Below are positions 18,758 through 28,533 of a stretch of DNA of 64,000 bases, piece by piece. Position numbers and translations under genes: made by a program. This DNA comes from Candidatus Cloacimonadales bacterium (lineage in GTDB: Bacteria; Cloacimonadota; Cloacimonadia; Cloacimonadales; JAIOQZ01): positions 1,120,001 through 1,184,000 of the forward strand of contig OY762463.1 in assembly GCA_963665815.1 (NCBI GenBank), given 5' to 3'. Position 1 is the stretch's first letter. Each line of letters opens with the position of its first letter. The notes under the pieces were generated by a model. The model did not search any database and had not been told where the DNA came from. It saw only the letters and a list, made by a program, of their open reading frames with translations.

Positions 18758-20770
18758 CTATGTGAATGATGATCTTTCTATGAATTTTGTAGTGTAATCG
18801 TAATAATACTTGGAAGGTGGATCAATTTTATCCACAGTTTTCTGTAAGTTATGGCAGTGCAGTATAAGGTCGGGTAAAACTTTCATACTGATTGATACAA
18901 ATGATTTCTTTATCATATCCTCACGCTTTTCTGTTTCTATCTTAAGGATCTTTGACATCATTGTAAGTTTTTTCTCAAGCTTATTTTTTTGCTGTATTGC
19001 CTGAATCACTTTTTCTTTCTCAATTGAAGTAAGTTCCTGCATTTCATTATATATTGTTGGAGAATTCAAATCTAATTCAAACTGTGCAAGCACTTCTTTG
19101 ATATTTTCTTCAATCTTTGCACAAGTCTCTTCTAAATTCTTGATTTTATCACAAAGCTGATTATCATTACCAAAGTGAACTACTGTTGGCAATCCTGCGG
19201 GGGAACCGACAACCGGACAGTGCAATTCTTTTTTAACATATATCTCAGAATCTACAATTGCTCCTCGTTCGTTAAGATTTATACTTGAACCAAAAACGAG
19301 AATATTATCATAAGAACGAACCTTGGCTCCTCTTATGAACCTCTGAACTGTAATCTGTCCTTTGGCTACAAGTGTACATGTTTCAACGTACTTAGCAGTA
19401 AATGCTCCTCCGCAGATTATTTTTGTAGATTCTCCATTAACTCCGCCTTGAAGAGTTATATCACCTCCGGATTCAATAATACAATTATCCTCGATATTAC
19501 CTTTAATGAAAATATTTTTCTCAGATTTAACATTAAAACCGGCAAGTACATTACCCATAATCTCAACATTTGCAGTAGTGTTAATGTGACCCGATTCCAG
19601 ATCTACATCACCACGTAGTGTAATTGTTGGAAAAACGGAAATTGTACTATTGTGATAATCTAGAATTCCATCTTCTGCGCAATAGACTTTGATTTCTGTT
19701 TCTGTTTTCTCAATCCTTGTACCTTTGCTGTATCTCAGAACAACATCCTTTGGGGCCCTGGCATTAATCTGTTTTCCCAACAAATCTGTTCCGGGTTCTC
19801 CTTTAACAGGCAGTACTTTTTCAGCAAGAAGAACATCCGCTTTAACATTCTTGAATTTATTTCTTATTTTATAGTCTATATTGTCATGATCATCGGAATA
19901 TCCAATCGACTGATGCATATCGAAATGTATCTTCACATCAGCATCTCGTGATTCCCCGGGAAGTTTTCCCTGAGCGATGATTGGGTGTTCCCATATTCCA
20001 AAGCTGCTCAAATCAACTTTCTTTTTACATAAATCAAGAATTTTCGATCTCTGGAAAAAGTTATATAATTCAACATCCCTGGGATAGTCTTTGGCATTAG
20101 TTCGGGGAAGATTAATGAATCTGGCAGTCATATTATCAGAATCAATCCTGAATGCTTCTTTTACTACAAAAGCACTCTCACTTAAAGAAAGATATCCGCA
20201 AACACCTGCTACATACTTATTCTTGTTTTCATCAAAATATACATTCTCCCCAGCTTTGAACTCCAGTTGAAAAGCCCGAGAAGCATGAATTTCTTCATCG
20301 AAAATGTTCTTACCCGGAATACGATCCACTACTTTTTCAATTTCCGCAATTGCCTGTCCTTCATGCACAAAGATTAAATCAAACGGAAGATCTGTATCCG
20401 GCTCAAATTCACTGTCACTGAGAAAATCGTTAACAATCTTCCACTTTGTAAAATCATAAACATCTAATTGAGAATCAACAAGAAAATGGTATTTGTCAGC
20501 TCCCTTCCTGAATGGAATCTTAGCTTGTGCAACAATAACATTTGATATAGGAGTTTCCGAATACTGAGCTTTTTTCAGATAGTAATCAATTACTTCTTCA
20601 TCAATCCCAAAGTGTACACGTTCTTCTTTAAGCTTCTCAATAATATATTCTTTTGTTATCTCTGTTTCATCCGGCAGATAAGCATACAGTTTCGGTATAA
20701 TTATAGAATCACCATTCCCGGTCTCTTCGAAAGAAATATCACCAACGTTAATTTTCATTTTTTTCTCCAT
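18758..20770 (-). CDS. FapA/DUF342 family protein
   Basis: VHFGIDEEVI, GEPGTDLLGKQI, GDVDLESGHI...VEIMGNVLAGFNVK beta-helix repeats, C-terminal coiled coil. Confidence 0.8.
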   Translation of the reverse strand: MEKKMKINVGDISFEETGNGDSIIIPKLYAYLPDETEITKEYIIEKLKEERVHFGIDEEVIDYYLKKAQYSETPISNVIVAQAKIPFRKGADKYHFLVDSQLDVYDFTKWKIVNDFLSDSEFEPDTDLPFDLIFVHEGQAIAEIEKVVDRIPGKNIFDEEIHASRAFQLEFKAGENVYFDENKNKYVAGVCGYLSLSESAFVVKEAFRIDSDNMTARFINLPRTNAKDYPRDVELYNFFQRSKILDLCKKKVDLSSFGIWEHPIIAQGKLPGESRDADVKIHFDMHQSIGYSDDHDNIDYKIRNKFKNVKADVLLAEKVLPVKGEPGTDLLGKQINARAPKDVVLRYSKGTRIEKTETEIKVYCAEDGILDYHNSTISVFPTITLRGDVDLESGHINTTANVEIMGNVLAGFNVKSEKNIFIKGNIEDNCIIESGGDITLQGGVNGESTKIICGGAFTAKYVETCTLVAKGQITVQRFIRGAKVRSYDNILVFGSSINLNERGAIVDSEIYVKKELHCPVVGSPAGLPTVVHFGNDNQLCDKIKNLEETCAKIEENIKEVLAQFELDLNSPTIYNEMQELTSIEKEKVIQAIQQKNKLEKKLTMMSKILKIETEKREDMIKKSFVSISMKVLPDLILHCHNLQKTVDKIDPPSKYYYDYTTKFIERSSFT

Positions 20771-21018
20771 CAGACATCAAATACCATTTTGATAAGTTTC
20801 CACTTCATATCAAGGCATTGTAATTCATAGTAATTTTCGGATTCATCTGAAACTGCGAAAAAATGATATAACTTATTACCTTCATATGAATTCCAGTATC
20901 CGTTCGTAGATTTTACTTTAATTACTCTATCATTCCATTTGAATTTTAAAGGTCTTAACTCTTCAAGACCTGAATAAAATATCACCTCAATCGGATCATC
21001 ATATTTTTCTACAGTCAT
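20770..21018 (-). CDS. Small conserved protein (DUF6504-like)
   Basis: PLKFKWNDRVIKV...YW...HFFAV...YEL...WKL pattern; coupled to both neighbours. Confidence 0.6.
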   Translation of the reverse strand: MTVEKYDDPIEVIFYSGLEELRPLKFKWNDRVIKVKSTNGYWNSYEGNKLYHFFAVSDESENYYELQCLDMKWKLIKMVFDV

Positions 21019-21019
21019 T

Positions 21020-21943
21020 TCAGAATTTCAAATTTATTCCGACGGGTCTGTGATCGCTGATAATCGAATCATATGTATTCCACCTTCCGGGAAAATATAA
21101 TTCAGCCTGGATAGTTTTTACATGAACATAATTCAATATTAACTCGTCAGATATTATTATATGATCTATATGGCTATTATAGCTCGGATACGATTTATTG
21201 TCAATCATATTAAGCTCAGCGTACTCCGAATCCACAATAAAGTATTTCTCATTCCCAACAAATGCCGTAAACACGTTTGCCTCAGTTTCATCATTTATCT
21301 GATCATTAAAATCCCCGAGAATGATAACATTATCGTCAGGATAAACCCTGCTGCAGTATTCTTCAAGCATATTACAGGCATCAAGTCTTCTTTTCTCTTC
21401 ATCCCAGGCATAATTATGATCTATCACATTATCACCAAACGCCTTCAGATGATTATTAATTATATATATTTCTTCACCACGATAAGAAATACTGAGGACA
21501 AACGGCAATCTGGGGAACTCTCTACTGCTGCCTGAAAATAGACTGAAAGTTTCGTTGATAGTTATGTTATCACCAGTATTTACAAGAAATCCTAGATTAC
21601 TGTTACTTTGATAAACAACCTCCCAATCCTGAGTAATTGCAAGATCCATCGGACTGGTTTCAACTTCTTGAAAAGCTATAATATCAACATCAAGAATTTC
21701 AATCAACTTCCTCAATGAATCAATTGTAGAATTACTCTTAGGATAGTGTTCCACATTCCAGGTAAGCACATCAAGAGTCGAATCGCTGCCAAAAGGATCA
21801 GTTAAAAACCCTGAAGTATCGGTATTCGTCGTGTCAGGATCAGTAACATCCGGATCATTCCCGATGATATCCTCATTTTCTCCACATCCGATTAGAAAAA
21901 AAAATATCAGTATACTCACCACGAAATTAAGATTTTTTCTCAT
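21020..21943 (-). CDS. Endonuclease/exonuclease/phosphatase (EEP) family lipoprotein
   Basis: Lipobox LIGC; TWNVE, FQEV, NHLKA, GDFND, IDHI, SDHRPV motifs. Confidence 0.9.
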   Translation of the reverse strand: MRKNLNFVVSILIFFFLIGCGENEDIIGNDPDVTDPDTTNTDTSGFLTDPFGSDSTLDVLTWNVEHYPKSNSTIDSLRKLIEILDVDIIAFQEVETSPMDLAITQDWEVVYQSNSNLGFLVNTGDNITINETFSLFSGSSREFPRLPFVLSISYRGEEIYIINNHLKAFGDNVIDHNYAWDEEKRRLDACNMLEEYCSRVYPDDNVIILGDFNDQINDETEANVFTAFVGNEKYFIVDSEYAELNMIDNKSYPSYNSHIDHIIISDELILNYVHVKTIQAELYFPGRWNTYDSIISDHRPVGINLKF

Positions 21944-21948
21944 AACTG

Positions 21949-23154
21949 TTACTTTACAATATGCAGGGGCAGCTTAACTGTAGTGACAACCTTTTTGCTG
22001 TTCTCCTGTGCAATCTCCAGTATTCCTTTATATGTTTTTATAGTTCTGCAGCAGTAAAGCATTGTCGTATCACTAACCATCTTACTGTCTGAATTCATCT
22101 CCCTGAAACACAAATAAGATTTCAGCTCATCTTTACTCATGGAACCAATAGATTCAATCTTAATCCAGCCATAATTATTGTCAATACCACTTTTTATTGA
22201 TAGAAGAGGCTTGTCTTCATCAGCAAGTAAAACCATTTGATTCATGATTAAATTTTGAAAAATCTGGGCTGTATCCTGAGGATCAGCAGCCACATAAATC
22301 TCGTGAGAAGCAAGCATTAAGTCTTTCTCAAACTTATTACTAAAATCATAATGCAAATGCATAAAAAGTATCTCTTCATTTACAATTGAGTTTATTTCTG
22401 AAATATTTACTGAAGTCTTGTTTGAAAGTACCATTTTAGATTTCAAAGAATGCACAATCCTGTTAAGCTGTTCATGGACCTTGATTAAGTCATAATTTGT
22501 TTCAGATAAATCCATCATGTTTCGACTGATCATCTTGAAGATAATATCCTTTTTTCCGAGACAAATCCCCTCAATCTGCTTTATGGAATCACTGAAATTA
22601 TCTATCAACGTTTTTAAACCATCAACTGGTATCTGCACATTGTTGATCACGCCTTGTATCATTAATCCAATTGCAGAACGTCTTTCACTTAGAATAAGCT
22701 GCTCTGTACGCTTCTGCAACTCTTCTTCGAGCTCCTGACTATACTGCTTAATGATCCTCTGAGACAAAAGAATCTTTAATTGATTATCCAAACGAGCTAT
22801 AACCTCCATTGGATTGTATGGTTTTAAGATGTAATCTTCTCCCCCTGCCTCAAATCCTTTTACGATATCCCTGCTGTCATCCTTTATGGTCAGAAACAAA
22901 ACTGGTATCGCCTTATATTCTTCCATAGATTTTAATTTACGACATATATCATAACCATTAGTATCTGGCAGTACTACATCAAGCAAAATCAAATCAATAT
23001 TCTCTGAAGCCAGCTTATCATAAAGTTCTGCTCCACTTGCTGCCTTCTCTATTTTGTAACCATGCTTTGTCAGCAGATTTTCCATTATTTTAAGATTTAT
23101 CGGATCATCATCAACCACAAGAAGCGTGAATTTATCCTTCTGAAATTTATCCAT
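21949..23154 (-). CDS. Response regulator fused to a degenerate (His-less) kinase module
   Basis: Intact REC (VVDDD, LDVVLP, KP); H-box position reads GVINNVQIP; N-box remnant QIFQNLIMN; no G1/G2 boxes. Confidence 0.75.
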   Translation of the reverse strand: MDKFQKDKFTLLVVDDDPINLKIMENLLTKHGYKIEKAASGAELYDKLASENIDLILLDVVLPDTNGYDICRKLKSMEEYKAIPVLFLTIKDDSRDIVKGFEAGGEDYILKPYNPMEVIARLDNQLKILLSQRIIKQYSQELEEELQKRTEQLILSERRSAIGLMIQGVINNVQIPVDGLKTLIDNFSDSIKQIEGICLGKKDIIFKMISRNMMDLSETNYDLIKVHEQLNRIVHSLKSKMVLSNKTSVNISEINSIVNEEILFMHLHYDFSNKFEKDLMLASHEIYVAADPQDTAQIFQNLIMNQMVLLADEDKPLLSIKSGIDNNYGWIKIESIGSMSKDELKSYLCFREMNSDSKMVSDTTMLYCCRTIKTYKGILEIAQENSKKVVTTVKLPLHIVK

Positions 23155-23405
23155 AGATACTCCATATATTGCTTTGACAATTTCAGCACTAAGTCTAATC
23201 TGACTCTCAAAACTCCTGTATTCAGGAACTGTTTTATATAAATTATACTAAATCAATCAAAAGACAAAATGTTTTAGCACACATTAAAGCTTAACATAAC
23301 TGTCATATAGTCTAACTTTGTCAGTAGAAAAGGATTTGTTCAATAGATGCTCAATATTGATCAAACAGCTATTGCATCACCAAAGATTAAATATAAGGAA
23401 CAGAT

Positions 23406-24314
23406 ATGCACTTGAAATACTCTGAAGAAGTAAAAAAAGCATTAGATAACAACTCACCCATTGTTGCCCTTGAATCAACAATTATATCTCATGGAATGCC
23501 ATATCCTGACAATGTAAATCTGGCGTCAGAGCTGGAAGATATATGTAGAAACAATGGTGTTACCCCTGCGACAATAGCCATAATCAAAGGAGAAATACAC
23601 ATCGGGCTGGAAAGCGAACAACTGGAATATCTCGGTAAATCGGGTGAAATAGAAAAAGCTTCAATAAAAGATATTCCGCAGATCATTGCATCAGGGAAAT
23701 CAGGGGCCACCACTGTTGCAGGAACATTATTCTGCTGTAATCTGGCAGGAGTTAAAGTTTTTGCTACAGGCGGTATGGGCGGAGTCCATAAAAAAGCTGA
23801 AGAGACCTTTGATATTTCAGCCGACCTGCATGCTCTTGCTTCCAATAGAGTTATCCTGGTTTCAGCAGGTGCAAAAGCAATTCTTGACCTCCCCAAAACA
23901 CTCGAATACATGGAAACTCTGTCTATCCCTGTATTCGGTTATAAAACAAACCTCTTCCCTGCTTTCTATTCAAGTAAGACCGATCTGAAAATTAAATCTA
24001 TTGAGTCTGCACAAGAAATAGCTGCTGTATTCAATACAATGATTGAACTGAATGTCAAAACAGGACTAATGATTGCTAACCCTGTCCCCGAACAGGATGA
24101 AATCCCTGCTGATGTGATAAACATGCACATTAATAGTGCTCTTGATGCTGCAGACCAACAGAACATAACCGGAGCAGCTATTACACCATTCCTGCTCCAA
24201 TACATTGTAAATGAAACCAGCGGAGCATCACTGAAAGCCAACAAAAGCCTTGTGAGAAACAATGTCAGACTAGCCTGCGAAATAGCTAAAAGTCTGAATG
24301 TCATTAAAAAGTAG
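23406..24314 (+). CDS. psuG: Pseudouridine-5'-phosphate glycosidase
   Basis: VALESTIISHGMPYP, GATTVA, FATGGMGGVH, DISADL, GAKAILDLPKTLE, ITPFLL. Confidence 0.95.
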   Translation: MHLKYSEEVKKALDNNSPIVALESTIISHGMPYPDNVNLASELEDICRNNGVTPATIAIIKGEIHIGLESEQLEYLGKSGEIEKASIKDIPQIIASGKSGATTVAGTLFCCNLAGVKVFATGGMGGVHKKAEETFDISADLHALASNRVILVSAGAKAILDLPKTLEYMETLSIPVFGYKTNLFPAFYSSKTDLKIKSIESAQEIAAVFNTMIELNVKTGLMIANPVPEQDEIPADVINMHINSALDAADQQNITGAAITPFLLQYIVNETSGASLKANKSLVRNNVRLACEIAKSLNVIKK

Positions 24315-24337
24315 CAGTCACATAGAAAGACTGCTAA
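24311..24337 (+). promoter_or_regulatory. CIRCE-like (HrcA) operator upstream of htpG
   Basis: GTAGCAGTC-N9-GACTGCTAA versus the consensus TTAGCACTC-N9-GAGTGCTAA; exact 9-nt spacer; TTGACA at 24346-24351 just downstream. Confidence 0.65.
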
Positions 24338-24403
24338 TATTTTTATTGACAAATTAGTTTGTTCTATTTTTTATTGCTTCAAAAAAAATCAATGGAGGAT
24401 TAA

Positions 24404-26356
24404 ATGGCTAACAGTAAAAAAAAGGGACAAAAGGGAAACCTGTCCATCCACACAGAAAATATATTCCCCATAATTAAGAAGTGGCTGTATTCAGAGCATG
24501 ACATATTTTTAAGAGAGCTCATCGCCAATGCTATTGATGCTCTTAACAAGAGAAAAGCAATCGATCCTGATGTTCAGGAAGAAAACCTGAAAGTTGAGAT
24601 TAAAATAGATAAAGATAACAACACTATTCAGGTTAATGATACTGGTATCGGAATGACATCCGAAGAAGTGGAAAAATACATTAATCAGATTGCCTTTTCC
24701 GGAGCTGAAGATTTTGTTGAGAAATTCAAAGATAAGCAGTCAACAATTATCGGTCATTTCGGGCTGGGATTCTATTCTTCTTTCATGGTTGCTGAAAAAG
24801 TGACCATCAACACAAAATCATGGCAGAAAGATTCTGAGCCTGCATTCTGGGAATGTGACGGTTCAACAGAATATTCATTAAATAAAGGTGATAGAGAAGC
24901 TGTCGGAACAACTATCACACTGCATATCAACGAAGATAACAAAGAATACCTCGAAACTAACAAGCTTAAAGAGATCATCGAGAAGTTCTGTAACTTCATG
25001 CCTTATCCAATCGAACTGGACAGAGATGTTTCTTTTGAAGAAAACAGACTTGAAGAGGATAAGAAAGAAGATAAGATTACAGAAGAAGAATACAACCAGA
25101 AGAAAGCAAAACTTAAAGTAGTAAATCAGACTTTCGCATTATGGAATAAAAAACCTTCAGAAGTGACAGACGAAGAATATAAAGAATTCTACAAAGAATT
25201 ATTCCACGATTATCAGGATCCTCTTTTCTGGATTCATCTTAACGTTGATTATCCTTTCAACCTTAAAGGTATACTCTACTTCCCTAAAATCAAGAACGAA
25301 CTGGATATGCACCGAGGAAAAGTTCACTTATATTGCAACAATGTATTTGTTGCTGAAAACCTGAAAGACTTTATCCCTGAATTCCTGACACTACTCAGAG
25401 GTGGAATCGATATTCCGGATATCCCTCTTAACGTTTCAAGAAGTTTCCTGCAGCAGGATAAGCAAGTTAATAAGATAACCAAGTACATAATCAAAAAAGT
25501 AGCTGATCAGCTTAAGAGCCTTTTCAAGGATGACAGAGAAAAATTCGCTGAACTCTGGGAAGACATTCAGCAGTTCATCAAGTTCGGTATTCTTACAAAC
25601 GAAGATTTCTTTGATGCTGTAAAAGATATTATTATCTTCAAAAGCAGCACAGGAAAATGGGTTACTCTGGAAGAATACAAAGAGAACAATCCTGCTCCTG
25701 AAAAAGAAAAATCTGAAGATGAAAAAGATGACGCAGAAAAAATGCCTGATCCTTACAAAGTATATTACTCTCAAGGTGAAGACAGTCAGTTATCTTACCA
25801 AAAACTGATGATTGACCAAGGCTTTGAGATTCTTTTCTCAAACTCACCACTTGATTCTCACCTGTTCCAACAGCTTGAGCTCAAAAATCCGGGAACCATG
25901 TTTGTCAGAATCGACTCTGAAGTAAATGACAATCTGGTTGATACGGAAAACGCAGAAGTTGTAGATGCTGATAATAAAACCGAATCTGAAAAAATTATCG
26001 AAGTCTTCAAAGAAAGCCTTGATAACTCAGCACTTACTATAGAAGCGAAAATGCTTAAATCAGATTCAGTTGCGGCAATGATAGTCTTCAATGAGCACAT
26101 GAGAAGATTCCAGGAAATGAATCAGTTCATGAGCACAGGTGATATGGGATTCATGAATAACCACACTCTGATGCTTAACACAGGCAACAAATCACTAAAG
26201 AAAGTGCTTCAGCTTAAAGCGTTGAACAAAGACGAAGAAGTAAAAACACTTTGTGATTTTATTTACAAACTTGCACTGATCGAACAGAAGAAATTCACAG
26301 GTAAAGAATTACAGGATTTTGTTTCCGTAGCAAACAATGTCCTTAACATCATATAA
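24404..26356 (+). CDS. htpG: Hsp90 chaperone HtpG
   Basis: IFLRELIANAIDA, DTGIGMT, IGHFGLGFYSSFMVA, PLNVSRSFLQ; GGAGG SD. Confidence 0.97.
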   Translation: MANSKKKGQKGNLSIHTENIFPIIKKWLYSEHDIFLRELIANAIDALNKRKAIDPDVQEENLKVEIKIDKDNNTIQVNDTGIGMTSEEVEKYINQIAFSGAEDFVEKFKDKQSTIIGHFGLGFYSSFMVAEKVTINTKSWQKDSEPAFWECDGSTEYSLNKGDREAVGTTITLHINEDNKEYLETNKLKEIIEKFCNFMPYPIELDRDVSFEENRLEEDKKEDKITEEEYNQKKAKLKVVNQTFALWNKKPSEVTDEEYKEFYKELFHDYQDPLFWIHLNVDYPFNLKGILYFPKIKNELDMHRGKVHLYCNNVFVAENLKDFIPEFLTLLRGGIDIPDIPLNVSRSFLQQDKQVNKITKYIIKKVADQLKSLFKDDREKFAELWEDIQQFIKFGILTNEDFFDAVKDIIIFKSSTGKWVTLEEYKENNPAPEKEKSEDEKDDAEKMPDPYKVYYSQGEDSQLSYQKLMIDQGFEILFSNSPLDSHLFQQLELKNPGTMFVRIDSEVNDNLVDTENAEVVDADNKTESEKIIEVFKESLDNSALTIEAKMLKSDSVAAMIVFNEHMRRFQEMNQFMSTGDMGFMNNHTLMLNTGNKSLKKVLQLKALNKDEEVKTLCDFIYKLALIEQKKFTGKELQDFVSVANNVLNII

Positions 26357-26372
26357 AAGACTTATAAACCTG

Positions 26373-26400
26373 AAGGCTGCATTCATGCAGCCTTTTTTTT
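26373..26400 (+). terminator. Rho-independent terminator
   Basis: AAGGCTGCA-TTCA-TGCAGCCTT followed by a T run. Confidence 0.85.
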
Positions 26401-26440
26401 ACTTGAACAGATCGAATATAGAACTGCAAAGAGAGATATT

Positions 26441-26797
26441 TTGAAAAAAGTTAGAGATGAACTGCTGGAATTTGTCAGAGAACGTGATTGGGAACAATTT
26501 CATTCACCTAAGAACCTGGCAATGGCAATGGCTGTTGAAGCTAGTGAAATACTGGAGATATTCCAATGGAAAACGGAAGAAGAAAGTAAAAACCTGAGTA
26601 AAGACGAAGTCAGACATCTGAGAGAAGAGGTTGCTGATGTCTTTCTTTATCTGGTTAATCTTGCATCCAAATATGATATTGATATAATCCAGGCTTCGCA
26701 CGATAAAATGGTATTGAACAGAGAGAAATATCCGGCTGACCTTGCAAGAGGTAAATCGGATAAATACGATGCCTACAAAAGAAATATTGACAATTAA
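26441..26797 (+). CDS. MazG-like nucleotide pyrophosphohydrolase
   Basis: ERDWEQFHSPKNLAMAMAVEASEILEIFQW...EEVADV...KYP; TTG start. Confidence 0.9.
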   Translation: MKKVRDELLEFVRERDWEQFHSPKNLAMAMAVEASEILEIFQWKTEEESKNLSKDEVRHLREEVADVFLYLVNLASKYDIDIIQASHDKMVLNREKYPADLARGKSDKYDAYKRNIDN

Positions 26798-26875
26798 ATA
26801 TTATTTACTGAGATTATTATTGAATTAGAGCTTTGCATAATAGCATAATCAATCAGCTTTGGATAAGTAATATCG

Positions 26876-27061
26876 ATGAGATTTTTTTACATTCATCGAG
26901 ATACTTTCGGAGATGCTTACTTTGTGACAGAATTGGATGAATTCAAAAATCGAGACAACTCGTATGTTTTCTTTAGAAAATATGAAAGTATAAGTGTATT
27001 TTCATTAGAAAATGCTGAAACACTAATCCCGATTATGCAAGAGTCTCTAAAATTATTTTGA
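26876..27061 (+). CDS. Small hypothetical protein
   Basis: 61-aa ORF filling the gap just before the HD-GYP gene; no motif recognised. Confidence 0.35.
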   Translation: MRFFYIHRDTFGDAYFVTELDEFKNRDNSYVFFRKYESISVFSLENAETLIPIMQESLKLF

Positions 27062-27076
27062 ATGTTAAGAGGATGT

Positions 27077-28141
27077 ATGGATTACGAATCAGCTACGCCC
27101 AAAGTGCTCATTATGGATGATGATGAGAATTTACTGGAAATTGTCAGTGATATTGTTGAACAACACACAGAATATGATATAAAAAAATGCTCAGTCCCGG
27201 AAAATTTCATGGATGTTGTTCTGGAGTTCATACCGGACGTAATACTTATGGATATAATAATGCCAAACTACTCAGGCTATGAGCTGGCTGAAAAAGTAAA
27301 ATCTAATGATAAAACAAAAGACATTCCCATTATTTTCATGACAGGTTTATCCAACGAGAACTCAGTTGTAAAAGCCTTTCATCTCGGTGGTATTGATTAC
27401 ATCACCAAGCCTTTCCGTGCCAGCGTTCTTATAGTTCGCCTTAATGCACATATAAAGCTTAAAAAAGCACAGGATGAGCTGAAATATAAAAATATGATGC
27501 TGAAAAACAGGGAACTCCACCTGGCAGAACTTGTTGATCAAAAAACAAGGCAGATCAGCCAGATAACCCTTGCAATGGTTTCTGCTCTGGAAGATGCAAA
27601 CTTCTATAATGATAATGATACAGGTAATCACATTAAAAGAGTAAGTGAATACTCAGTTCTTCTGGCAGAAAGTTACGGCTGTGACTCAGAGTTCAGCAAT
27701 AAGATCAAGCTTTACTCATCCCTGCACGATGTTGGTAAAATAGGAGTTCCATTCCATATTCTGAATAAACCGGGTAAACTTGTTCCCGAGGAGTTCGAAG
27801 AGATTAAGAACCACGTGATTATCGGATATAAAATGCTGAATTCTCCCGGTATCGACCAGATGGCAAAGAATATCATTCTATATCATCATGAAAAGTGGGA
27901 CGGTACAGGCTATCCTTACAAACTCAAAGGTGAAGATATACCTCTGGAAGCCAGAATTGTTTCTCTGGCAGATGTCTACGATGCCCTGATCCATACCCGT
28001 GTTTATAAAGAAGCATACACAAACGAAAGAACCGAGAAGATACTTAGAGACAACAGCGGCATCCATTTTGACCCGACGCTGATTGATGTCTTTTTCAATA
28101 ATATTGATAAAGTTAATGAGATCCGAAATAGATTGAGGTAG
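27077..28141 (+). CDS. REC + HD-GYP c-di-GMP phosphodiesterase (RpfG-like)
   Basis: REC (MDDD, MDIIMP, TKP); DTGNHIKRV, LHDVGKIG, HHEKWDGTGYP, ADVYDAL; ATG 27077 after GAGG. Confidence 0.92.
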   Translation: MDYESATPKVLIMDDDENLLEIVSDIVEQHTEYDIKKCSVPENFMDVVLEFIPDVILMDIIMPNYSGYELAEKVKSNDKTKDIPIIFMTGLSNENSVVKAFHLGGIDYITKPFRASVLIVRLNAHIKLKKAQDELKYKNMMLKNRELHLAELVDQKTRQISQITLAMVSALEDANFYNDNDTGNHIKRVSEYSVLLAESYGCDSEFSNKIKLYSSLHDVGKIGVPFHILNKPGKLVPEEFEEIKNHVIIGYKMLNSPGIDQMAKNIILYHHEKWDGTGYPYKLKGEDIPLEARIVSLADVYDALIHTRVYKEAYTNERTEKILRDNSGIHFDPTLIDVFFNNIDKVNEIRNRLR

Positions 28142-28217
28142 TTGCTGAATAGCCGAATTTTAACCACAAAAAACAAGAAAGAACACGAATAGACAATTTT
28201 AACACAAACTATAGCAG

Positions 28218-28255
28218 CTCTACCGAACGCGTAGAGTCAACCGGACGGTTGACTC
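28218..28255. repeat. GTAG-type REP-like palindrome
   Basis: GTAG at 28231 leads into GAGTCAACCG-GA-CGGTTGACTC; an inverted CTCTAC lies at 28218-28223. Confidence 0.55.
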
Positions 28256-28533
28256 AAATTGTCCTAACCTTGATTTACAGGATTTCCGGTTTACTTGATT
28301 ACTTTGGCTAAAGCCCTTGCGTATGGTCTGAAGACCTACGCAGATGGTGGACTTTATCCAGAGAATATTATAAAACGATACGGTAATTGATTCTATTCAA
28401 TCTTTAACTGATATACTAGACTTCATCCCATTCAATAGCCCCCATTTCCCCCATTCCCTCGAAAATGATTTGACACACAATTGCACAATTTACTGTATGG
28501 CTTAAATAAATTATCTCATTAAAGGAGTTGCAC

